Positions 52,283 to 64,000 of a DNA stretch of 64,000 nucleotides are shown piece by piece (the first letter of the stretch is position 1; each line of letters begins with the position of its first letter). The notes under the pieces were generated by a model that did no database searches, was not told the DNA's origin, and saw only the letters and a program-made list of their open reading frames with translations. The position numbers were made by a program, and so were the translations under genes. The DNA lies in the NCBI GenBank assembly GCA_951406725.2, contig OX597825.1:20770001-20834000 (forward strand). Reading direction: 5' to 3'. The DNA comes from Octopus vulgaris. Its lineage: Eukaryota.

Positions 52283-52510
52283 GTTACAGAGATGTACTTG
52301 CATAGCAAGTGACCTGATCTGAGATCGTGTGCTGAAGCAAAAACGATTGCAGTGTGGAAGGTGTTTATAAGCCATTTAAAAACACACAAAAAGTGTTAGA
52401 ATCACTTCAACATTTAAATTTAATTTATCAAAATATTTTTGTCACTTTGAGATCACGACCTGTTCACTGACAGGAGATGCAGCAAGGAATTTTGTCAGTG
52501 AACAGGTTGC
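52283..52510. mobile_element. Truncated copy of the G3:C8 hammerhead fold-back family
   Basis: Shares left arm and gtcagtgaacagg; GAAA mutated. Confidence 0.6.
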
Positions 52511-53253
52511 AGCTCACTGGTCAGGAAAGAGAAAAGCCCCCATAGTTAACCAGGCTAGGATATTAGGGAGAGAGAGGTGGATTTATTCCAGTTGCTGTGA
52601 AGCTAAATCCGGTTACTGAATATATATTTTAAAAAAACAGCTAATTTTATATATAACTGAATGAAAAAGCTAACTTATATTGCCTAACAAAGAATAAACT
52701 GCTTTGTGGCACACACACACACACATATATATGTACACACACACACATATATATGTACACACACACACATATATATATGTATAAATATGTATGTAAATAT
52801 ATAAGTATGTATAATAACAAATTATATCTTTATCCTTCTCTTTATCTAGTTTCAGCTCACGAGCTGTGGCCATGCTGGGGCACCGCCATTTGGTGTTGCT
52901 ACATGATTTTACTTCACGAATGCTTTTGAGCAATTGCCATTTGGTGAATGAGAGAGTTCGATGCAGCTGCCCTCATCTGCACCTCCTGCCGTGAAGTTGG
53001 TTCATCTGGGACACCTGACAGGAAGAGATCCAGTTTTATTTTAAAGACATCTGCATCCACCCCATGCAGGTCTCTCAGGTTCTTCAGGAGGATATTGAAG
53101 AGCTATGGGCCTCTGAAGCCCAGGCTATCACAGTGTCTTGTCCTACATCTTGATGGCAAATTTGGAGTCCTTGGCACTATGCAGTGGCGCCCAGTTCTAG
53201 CATTTGTGTAACTATTCAAATTTGAATAACACCTGCGTTTAACTCCATTTATT

Positions 53254-53290
<37 letters not shown>

Positions 53291-54484
53291 TCATCATCGT
53301 TTAAAGCGGATATTAAACAATGATGATATATATATATATATATATTTATATATAAATGGAGTTAAACACAGATGTTATTCAAATTTGAATAACACTTGCT
53401 TATTTATTTATATATATTACACGAAATATTTCACATCAACCCGGAGTTTACTCCGTTACAAATAGGATGTTACATCTTTATTACTTGTGTGATTTTTTTG
53501 CTGCCTTGGTAACCGTTAATTTTTTCCATGTTAATTGTAAACAAGGGAAAAATACACACGTCCATTTATATACATAAATCGCTAGAAACCCAACACATTC
53601 TTTATTTTATTTCCTTGTTTCTTTGTGTGTTCCTTTCTGTGGAACAGCGTAGGGTCGAAACAAAGACTTTTTCACTTCCCGAGCGTTAAACTAATACATC
53701 TGTTTGTTGTCTACACCTCCTGTCTTCGTCTTTTGTTTCTTTTGTGAATTCTCCCCCTATGTATATATATATCATCATCATCATCATCATCGTTTAACAT
53801 CCGCTTTCCATGCTAGCATGGGTTATGTATATATCATCATCATCATCATCAACATCGTTTAACATCCATTTTCCATGCTAGCATGGGTTGGACTGTTCAA
53901 CTGGGGTCTGGGAAGCCAAAAGGCTGCGCCAGGCCCAGTCTGATCTGGCAGTGTTTCTACAGCTGGATGCCCTTCCTAACGCTAACCACTCCAAGAGTGT
54001 AGTGGGTGCTTTTTATGTGCCACCTGCACGGGTGCCAGACGAGGCTGGCAAATGGCCACGATCGGATGGTGCTTTTTACGTGCCACCAGTATATCTATAT
54101 ATATATGGGTACATGACATCACCAACCATGTAAACAACATGAAATACGTAATGGAAGACAGGACAAGTAAACACAGAGAAACAACCCTTCATCAGTTGTC
54201 AGCTGTCTATCTACTCCTCATTTCGAGCATTTATCGATAATATAAGTCTTCAAAGACAGTTACTCCCATAAAATCTAAAAGAAAATTTAGGATTTATGGA
54301 GGGTCAAAGTTGGGAACAAAAACAGGACAGTGGAGACAAGCAAGGAAACTGAATGAAAACAAATAAGGAGGGTTGTTAAACCAGAATGAGAGGGAAATAG
54401 TGAATGCTGGGAGAAATATTTTCTTTGAAAAGAGAAAGGATAGAAGAGAGACAAAAAACCTCCAGTTTTATATCTATGTGTGTG

Positions 54485-54525
<41 letters not shown>

Positions 54526-54527
<2 letters not shown>

Positions 54528-54812
54528 GAATACAGTGTACATTTAAACACATAAGAGATACCCGGGAAATAGGATATCTGACTCACTAGAAAGAGCAGTT
54601 AAACTCCAAGCCACTAATTGTTGTAATTCCAAAAGTGATTGAAAAATAAAAACTTTTACCTTGGATAATTTAAGGTAAAAGTTTTTATTTTTCAATCACT
54701 TTCGGAATTACAACAATTAGTGGCTTGGAGTTTAACTGCTCTTTCTAGTGAGTCAGATATCCTATTTCCAGGGTATCTCTTATGTGTTTGAATGTACACT
54801 GTATTCTTCTCT
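54526..54812. repeat. Near-perfect palindrome, arms about 135 bp
   Basis: agaatacagtgtacatt..acttttacc / ggtaaaagt..aatgtacactgtattct. Confidence 0.9.
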
Positions 54813-54929
54813 GAATAATGTATAGTCTATGGACTAAATTTTTTCCTTCTTGCAAGACCACTGGTAGTTAAGAAATTTTTCGATGAATATTCTTGCAACC
54901 CTAAGATTTTAATTAATGATAAAATAAAC

Positions 54930-54961
<32 letters not shown>

Positions 54962-54974
54962 GTGATGATGGATG

Positions 54975-55487
54975 TAGTCAGTCCACCTGTGCATACCTTC
55001 CTTCTTGGGACACATAACTCTACTTGTGAAGACTTGTTGAGGCAAGTGAAAATCAAAAATCAAATCGAAATCGATCAACATCAATGGAAATTGTAGTTGT
55101 GGTACCAGTGCCAGTGGCACATAAGAGAACCATCTGAACGTGGCCGTAGCTAGCACCGCATCGACTAGCCTCCGTGCTGGTGGCACGTAACAAACACCAT
55201 CTGATCGAGACCATTGCCAGCCTCGTCTGGCCTCCGTGCCGGTGGCACGTAAAAAGCACCATCCGAGTGTGGCCATTTGCCAGCCTCGTCTGGCACCTGT
55301 GTCGGTGGCACATAAAAAGCACCCACTACATTCACGGAGTGGTTGGCATTAGGAAGGGCATCCAGCTGTAGAAACACTGCCAGATCTGACTGGCCTGGTG
55401 CAGCCATCGGGCTTCCCAGACCCCGGTCGAACAGTCCAACCCATGCTAGCATGGAAAGGGGACGTTAAACGATGAGGATGATGATGA
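54975..55487 (+). mobile_element. SINE-like family C, long copy
   Basis: Four subrepeats, conserved ggaagggcatccagc core, (GAT)n tail. Confidence 0.8.
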
Positions 55488-55812
55488 TATGTATGTATAC
55501 ATGCTGATGCAATTGGAACAACTGTTTGATTTTTAAGGTGTGATCTGAAATATAGATATGATTTCCTTTGTACATATTATTGATTTCTGTTAATACTCTG
55601 ACTTTCTTAAAATTCTGTATAAGGATTGTTGGATTTACCTGTCATGCATGAGCGGGATTTGTATTCTCCATAAATTTACTGGTATCTACTTGTTGGGAAT
55701 TTAACCTTATTCCTTTATGCTGAGTGCTTAATTGACAACTGCCAGGATTTGTTAATCCCGCTTTTTCTCATATATATATATGTACAAGAAATATATATAG
55801 ATAGATAGATAG

Positions 55813-55853
<41 letters not shown>

Positions 55854-55893
55854 TAGATAGATGGATGGATGGATAGATAGATGGATAGATAGG

Positions 55894-55952
<59 letters not shown>

Positions 55953-56394
55953 CAGGCAGACATATATACAGATAATAGACAGATAGACAGACAAATAGAT
56001 AGACAGATGGACAAACACAGACAGACAGACTGACAGGCAGACAGACAGACTGACAGGCAGACAGACAGACAGACAGTCAGTCAGACAGACAGACTGACAG
56101 GCAGGCAGACATCGATAAAACAGGCAGGCAGACTGACAGACACACACACACACACATATATACAACCACACATTCACAGATAACTAGAATTAGCTCCTTC
56201 CCTTCAGCAAGTGGAAATTGCCTGTCAAGGGTGGCACAATGTGACATTTATGTCAAAGTGAATGAAGAGCAACATGAAATGTAGTGTTTCACTCAGACAC
56301 ACAATGCAATGGCTGATCCCGGAGTTGAAACCACAATCTTGCGATCATGAGCACGAAACTCTGACCACTTATATTTTCCTCTCTGCCCACCTCT

Positions 56395-56534
56395 GTGAGC
56401 GTGTGTTTATATGTGTGTGTGTGTGTGAATGATTGTGTGTGTGTGTGTGTGTCTCAGTGTGTGTGTGTGTGTGTGCGCGTGTGTGCATGTGTGTGTGTGA
56501 GTGTGTGAGTGTGCGTGTGCGAGTGTCTATGTGT

Positions 56535-56586
<52 letters not shown>

Positions 56587-56728
56587 ATGTGTGTGTCTGA
56601 GTGCATGTGTGTGTGAGTGTGCATGTGTGTGTATATGTGTGTGAGTGTGTGTGTCTGAGTGTGTGTGTGTGCGTGAGTGTGTGTAAGTGTGTGTAAGTGT
56701 GCATGTGTGTGCATGTGTGTGTGTGTCT

Positions 56729-56777
<49 letters not shown>

Positions 56778-56956
56778 TGTATGTGTGTGAGTGCGTGTGT
56801 GTTTTCAGTTGAATGCCCAGAAGCAAGGAAATAATTTGTGGCAACAGAGTGAATCACCGACTTCAAACGAATAAATAAACTTTACGAAATATATTGAGTA
56901 ACATTTTATTCCCTTTATTTTTACATCCAAATGTGAAAACACACACACACACACTA

Positions 56957-56995
<39 letters not shown>

Positions 56996-57050
56996 CATAC
57001 ATACACACATATATATATACATATATATATGCATATATATATACAAATAC

Positions 57051-57081
<31 letters not shown>

Positions 57082-57150
57082 CATATACATGTATATATAT
57101 ATATGTATACATATATGTATATATGTATATATATATACATATACACAGAC

Positions 57151-57187
<37 letters not shown>

Positions 57188-57373
57188 TACATATGTATAT
57201 ACATATGTATATATATACATATATACATATGTATATATATATATATATATATATACATATGTATATATGTATATGTATATATATATATATACATATGTAT
57301 GTATATGTATATATATATATACACACACACACATATATATATATATATGTATGTATACATATATGTATATATG

Positions 57374-57404
<31 letters not shown>

Positions 57405-57484
57405 ATGTATATATATACATATATATTTATGTATATATGTTTATATATATGTTTATATATATGTATATATATATACATACATAT

Positions 57485-57545
<61 letters not shown>

Positions 57546-57587
57546 CATATGTATGTACGCAATAGAAGGAGAGATATATAGATAGAT

Positions 57588-57620
<33 letters not shown>

Positions 57621-57630
57621 AAGAGAGAGA
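56395..57630. repeat. Compound (GT)n, (AT)n and (AG)n microsatellite block
   Basis: Direct inspection. Confidence 0.95.
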
Positions 57631-58789
57631 AGGGAAGGGTGTTTAAAAACTGAAACCAGCTGTCACAATACCATAAAGATGAAAACGGTGTGATGCATAA
57701 TTATTGCTATATTACACTAATATAATTGTCTGCTTCGTTAACCAAACAGAAATTAACAGAGATTAAGAGAGGAGCTGCAAATATAAAACTGAAACAACAC
57801 AGAAAGTAAATTAACAAGTGGTATTAAAGAGGGAGGTGGACAGAGGCAGCGGCGGCAGCAGCGACAACAGCAGCAGCATCAGTAGTGGTTGTAGCGGTGG
57901 TGGTGGTGGTGGTGGTGATGGCAGCAGTGGTGGTGGTGGTGGTGGTGTGTGGTGGTGGTGGTGATGGTGATGGTGGTGGTTGTTTTCCTTGTTGTGTTGG
58001 TGGTGCTTGTGGTGACGGAGGTGGTGGTGGTGGTGGTGGTGGTAGTGGTGATGTCGGTGCTGGTGGTGGTGGTGATGGTGGTGGTGGTGATGGCGGCAGT
58101 GGTGGTGGTGGTGGTGGTGGTGGTGGTGGTGGTGGTAGTGGTGGTTGTTTTCGTTGTCGTGTTGGTGGTGGTGGTGGTGGTGGTGGTGGTGATGGTGGTG
58201 GTGGTGATGCTTGCTGGAAATAGTGATTGTGTTGCTAGGGATGTCGGTGGCAGTGGTGGTGGTAGTGGTGGTGGTGGTGGTGGTGGTGGTATTGGTGCTG
58301 GTAGTAGCGTTCATGGTGGTACTGATGTCATTGGTAATGGCATTAAGGGTTCTGAGGGTGGTGGAAAGTGATAATGGTGGTGGTGTCGGCAATGGTGATG
58401 ATGGTGGTTGTAATGGTATTAAGGGTAGTGTGGATGAAAGAGGGTGGTGGAAGTGGTGGTGATGGTGCTGGTGGTGTTGGCGGCGGCCACAGAGGTAGCA
58501 GGGGTGAAATGACTGTGTCAAGAAGCAGTTCACTTCACAACCACTATAGTCGCAAGTTCAATCCCACTGAATGGTACTGTGGACAAGTGACATCTAGGGT
58601 ATCTCTGAACTGACCAATGTCTTGCAAGTGAATTTGGCCAAAGAAGACTGTGTGGAAGTCCATCATATATATATATATATATATTTCTTTGACTAAAACT
58701 CCTTAAGGTGGTGCTCCAGCATGGACACAGTCAAATGACTAAAACAAGTAAAAGAATACAGACACACACATACATACATATATATATTT

Positions 58790-59153
58790 TTATTCTTTTA
58801 TTTCTTTCAGTCATTTGACTGTGGCAATACTGGAGCACCATGTTTAGTCAAGCAAATCGATCCTAGTACTTATTCTTTTGCCGAACCACTAAGTTACAGG
58901 TATGTAAACACACCAGCATCAGTTGTGAAGCAATGTTGTTGGGGACAAACACTCACACACACACACACATACACACACACATATATATACACGACAGGCT
59001 TCTATCAGTTTCCATCTACCAAATCCACTCACAAGGCTTTGGTCGGCCTGAGGTTATAGTAGAAGACACTTGCCCAAGGTGCCACGCAGTGAGACTGAAC
59101 CCAGAACCATGTGGTTGGTAAACAAGCTACTTACCACACACCCACTCCTGTGC
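58790..59153 (-). mobile_element. SINE family A copy
   Basis: Same head, body and tail with small internal deletion. Confidence 0.8.
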
Positions 59154-59156
59154 CAG

Positions 59157-59188
<32 letters not shown>

Positions 59189-60084
59189 GAAGATGATGAT
59201 GATATATATACATATTGCATGTGTGCGTGTGCATCTTTTTGTTTGTCCTTCCATTGCCTTACAAACAGTGTTGGTTTGTTTACATCCCCACAACTTAAGA
59301 AAAACAAACCAGCAGAATAAGCACCAGGCTTAAAATAATATAATTACCGTGATCAATGATGATGATGATGATGATGATGACAATGATGATGACAACAATG
59401 GTAATTACAATGGTGATGACAACGATGATGATGTGAGTGATGGTGGTGGTGGTGGTGGTGATTATGGTGACAATGGGGATGATGGTTGTGGCGGAGGTGG
59501 TGATGGTGGTGGTCGTGATGGTGGTCGTGGTGGTGGTGGTAATGGTGATGATGTTTGTGGGGGGTAGTGGTGGTGGTGGTTATGGTGACAATGGTGATGA
59601 TGGTTGAGGTGGGGGGCGGAGGGGGCAGCGGCAGGGGTGGTGGTGGTGGCAGTGGTGGAAGTGGTGATGGTGGTCATGATGAATGCTGTCGTGAGCCTAG
59701 AAAATTTGAACCGAATTTAAATGCTATTCCTCAGTTTTCCGGAATGACTCAGAAACTATGATGTTATTGTTTCCTGTTGTTGTTGCTGTTGCTGTTGTTG
59801 TTGTCATGCTTAGCATGGCACTAAGACACAATTTATTTAAACAAAAAAAGACAAATCAAACAATAGCCTTTCATAATGGAACACAATGCCTTATGACCAC
59901 AGAAAGAGATCCACAATGAGTGACTCAAAGAGGTAACAAGGTTAATTTCTTGAAAATGGGGACATGGCACACTTTCTCTACTTGTAGAGGCAACAGCACC
60001 TAGAGTCACACCACACATTAACCAACGTGTCTACATTCACCCACTCACATAATATACATTACGCACATATATACCTATATACTA

Positions 60085-60500
60085 AGGCGGCGAGCTGGCA
60101 GAAACGTTAGCACGCCGGGAGAAATGTGTAGCCGTATTTTGTCTGCTGTTACGTTCTCAGTTCAAATTCCGCCGAGGTCGACTTTGCCTTTCATCCTTTC
60201 CAGGTCGATAAATTCAGTACCAGTTACGCACTGGGCTCGATATAATCGACTTAATCCGTTTGTCTGTCCTTGTTTGTCCTCTCTGTGTTTAGCCCCTTGT
60301 GGGTAGTACAGAAATAGGTATTTTGTCTGCCGTTACGTTCTCAGTTCAAATTCCGCCGAGGTCGACTTTGCCTTTCATCCTTTCTGGGTTGATAAATTCA
60401 GTACCAGTTACGCACTGGGGTCGATATAATCGACTTAATCCGTTTGTCTGTCTTTGTTTGTCCCCTCTATGTTTAGCCCCTTGTGGGCAATAAAGAAATA
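60085..60500 (+). mobile_element. SINE family B dimer with target-site duplication
   Basis: One head, two bodies; atatatacctatatact on both flanks. Confidence 0.85.
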
Positions 60501-63092
60501 TATATACCTATATACTTGTACATACTTACACCCACACATACACAAACATAGGCATGCATAGGTCCTTGTCTTGCAAGCTCACGGGTGCTGATTCCATGTA
60601 AAAAGCACCAGTTCTAGTGCTACATATCAAGCACCAGTGCTAGTGCCATGAAGGGAGCACTAGTGCTGGTGCCACATAAAAGCATCCATTCTGATGTCAC
60701 ATAAAAAGCACCCATTCTGGTGTCATATAAAAAGCACCCATTCTGGTGTCACATAAAAAGCACCTGTTCTGATGTCACATAAAAGGCATCCATTCTGGTG
60801 CCATGTAAAAAAACACCCATGCTGGTGCTCTAATATAAAGCACCGGTACTGGTGCCATGAAGGGAGCATCAGTGCTGGTGCCACATAAAAAGCATTCAGT
60901 ATACTCTGTAGGGGGGTTGGTGTTAGAAGGGGCATCCAACCATAGAAACCATACCAAACCATAAGGTGACAAGCTGGCAGAAATGTTACTGCGCCAGGCA
61001 AAATGCCTAGTGGTATTTCATCTGTCTTTACATTCTGAGTTCAAATTCCACAGAGCTCAACTTTGCCTTTCATCCTTTCGGGGTCGATAAATTAAGAAGC
61101 AGTTACGCACTGGGGTCGAAATAATCAACTTAATCCCTTTGTCTGTCCTTGTTTGTCCCCTCTGTGTTTAGCCCCTTGTGGGTAGTAAAGAAATATGAAA
61201 CCGTACCAAACCAGACAACTGGAACTCGATGCAGCTCTGCAACTTGCCAGCCCCTGTCAAACCGTCCAACCCATGCCAGCATGGAAAACAAACCTTAAAT
61301 AATGATGATGACACATACATACAGAAATAGAAGTTAGGTTGTGGTTTCAATTCCTGGGCTGGGTGATATGTTTTTGAGCAAAACCCTTCATTTCTTGTTG
61401 CTACAGCCCACCAATCTGGCATAAATGAGTAATCCTGTGACAGGGCAGTGTCCCATCAATGGAGGAACATATACTCCACAGAAACTGAGAAACCAGCAAT
61501 ACAAGTCTATATGACTTGGGGTAGAGCCTTATTCTTATCAGCCAATGGTTTATGAATGACCTTTGACACTTTGATTCTTTTGTCCCACAATTAAAGCAAC
61601 ATTTAAACATTAATCATCATCATCGTTCAATGTCTGCTTTCCATGCTAGCATGGGTTGAACGATTTGACTGAGGACTGGCACCAGGCTCCAAACTGATCT
61701 GGCAGAGCTTCTACAGCTGGATGCCCTTCCTAATGTCAACCACTCCGAGAGTGTAGCAGGTGCTTTTATGTGCCACCGGCATGATGTAATGTTAAATTCT
61801 GTCTTATACATGGAACATTCTATTATTCTTTTATTTTTTTACCTTTTCAGTCATTTGACTGCAGCCATGCTGGAGCGCCACCTTAAAGGCTTTTTTAGTC
61901 AAAGAAATCAACCCCAATACATATTCTATCAGTCTATTCAGCTAAACTCCTAAGTTACAGGGACATAAATACACCAACACCGGTTGTCAAGCAATGGTGG
62001 GAGTAAACATAGACACATATACACAGAAATATATATCGTTGCTATTATGTAAAAGTATCGTAAGTCCAAAATGTTGTTTTTTCAGAAAATGAAAAAATAG
62101 TTTCACCATTTCATAGCAAAATTTTCACTTATTTCTTATTATACGATGAGCATTTTTCAGTTTCTGTTTACCAAATCTACTCACTAGGTTTTGGTAGGCC
62201 CGAGGCTATAATACAAGACACTTGTCCAAGGTACTACACAGTGGGACTGAACCCAGAACCATGTGATTGGGAAGTAAACTTCTGACCACACAGCCACACC
62301 TGCGCATGTGTATAGTTATAAATATGTAATGCCTTTTTCTGTATGTTCCACAGATTCCCCTCTACCAAATTCACTTGCAAGGAATTGTTTGGCCCAGCAC
62401 TATAGCAGAAGACACTTGCCCCAGTTGCCATGCAGTGGGACTGAACCCAGAACCATGTGTTTGGGAAGCAAGCTTCAATATAGCTGTGCATTTTCTGGAG
62501 CAGGATTTTATGCGGTTTCCGTATTGACATTTGAATAATGTGGCTGTTTCAGGAAAGTGTTACACTGCACGTTATTTTCCTGATTCATCTCTTCTGGAAA
62601 ATCCATTATCCTGAGATCAGGCCCATCCTCTTCTGTATCTATGAAATAATATATAGCCAAACACTCCCACACTCTCAAATATGTTTCCACATATGCACGT
62701 GTACACATATACATGCATATACAAGCTCCATCATATGCGTATATTATAGATATACAAGCACTCTGAAATACACGCATTCACTTCAAAAGATTAAGAGGCT
62801 GGTGTCCCATAAGTAAAGCAATGTATATGTACTACCGCACGGACAACATTGTAAACATGTCAAAAGCTATGACATCGAGGAATATACATATAGAAACAAG
62901 AAAAAACCTGAGTATTTGTTACATATGGTTCACAGTATTATATACCACAGTATTATATACCACCGGGGTCTGGGAAGCCAGGGACTGGAGCCTGGAGCAG
63001 CGCCTGGCTTCCCAGACCCCGGTCGAACCGTCCAACCCGTGCTAGCGCGGAAAACGGACGTTAAACGATGATGATGAGAATTATATGATGGA

Positions 63093-63340
63093 TGGTGGCG
63101 CATGGCTTAGTGGTTAGGGTGTCAGCATCATGATTGTAAGATTGTGGTTTCGATTCCTGGACCGGGCGACGCGTTGTGTTCTTGAGCAAAACACTTCATT
63201 CCCCATTGCTCCAGTCCACTCAGCTGGCAAAAATGAGTAACGCTGCGATGGACTGCCGTCCCATCCAGCTGGGGAACACATACACCATAAGAACCTGGAA
63301 ACCGGGCCCATGAGCCTGGCTAGGCTTTAAAAAGGTGTAT
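63093..63340 (+). mobile_element. tRNA-derived SINE family D
   Basis: Closely similar to 9277-9525. Confidence 0.8.
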
Positions 63341-63369
63341 TTATTTTATTATTTATTATATGATTGAGA

Positions 63370-63790
63370 AATAGGTACATTGAGGGAAACTCAGACAAAC
63401 TAGAAGCTTTTGAAATGAGGACATATAAGAAAAATATTAAGAATATCTTGGGATAAAATATAATCTAATGAAGATGTGCTCCAACTAGAAAATACAAAAA
63501 GGTCATTTTTCTCAACTGTCAGGAAAGAGAGGGTAGCTAAAGTTGATTGGTGATTCAGTAAGAACACAAGGTGTACAAAGAAGGAAAGACAAGTGGCAAA
63601 TGCTCAAGAGGAAGACCTTGAACAAACTGGTTTGATAACATCAAGGGCTGTACTAAATTATTACATGGTGAATAATGGTAAGAATGGTAGAGAAAAAACC
63701 TGAAAGGGGGGCCTTGATATACAAATTGGTGAGAGCAGAAAATATTTAATGATCAACATCATCATCATCATGAGCATGATCATGATGATA
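63370..63790 (+). mobile_element. Decayed RTE-like LINE 3' fragment
   Basis: KLEAFEMRTYKKILRISW..SNEDVL and GKCSRGRP remnants. Confidence 0.65.
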
Positions 63791-64000
63791 TAATGGATAA
63801 TGGGTGAGAATATGTATAAAAAAATCCCAGCTTATGATAGATACAAATGATTAATACAGAGACTGATCAAGATAGCTAAAGTCCAACCATAAATGGAGAT
63901 GAGATCCAGGCAAACAAGAGTTGGCTATGGGCAATGGACCGGTCAAGCTAATGAAAGTACAATAAAACAGAAATAGTTGTTAATGACATCAAAACATGGA

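Noticed and set aside
54120-54400. Minus-strand CTGATGAAGGG and CGAAA words
   Set aside because: Order and pairing do not give a convincing hammerhead
56369-58613. Many overlapping ORFs rich in HT, YI, G or V
   Set aside because: Translations of dinucleotide and trinucleotide repeats

Overview
Repeat-dense, AT-rich animal genomic DNA. The microsatellite load and tRNA-derived SINE families point to a coleoid cephalopod, most likely Octopus (inference). One host gene is reconstructable: a minus-strand class I unconventional myosin (MYO1E/F-like). I traced 19 coding exons from 45955 down to 277, with GT-AG boundaries and matching phases (2137 nt, about 712 codons, motor domain through the IQ motif). 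The gene runs off the left edge, and its start-codon exon is uncertain (candidate at 51216-51305). The intron 43633-45826 has minor-spliceosome (U12) signals. Introns and flanks hold four SINE families, RTE, CR1-like and HERO-like LINE fragments, a Helitron helicase fragment, a fold-back mariner relic and several palindromic elements. The most notable signal is that at least four unrelated short repeat families carry minimal type I hammerhead-ribozyme architectures, as known for Penelope-like elements. One family has a compensatory swap of the C3:G8 core pair (GUGAACA) and another has A6 replaced by U. Nearly all long ORFs in the supplied track are microsatellite artefacts.
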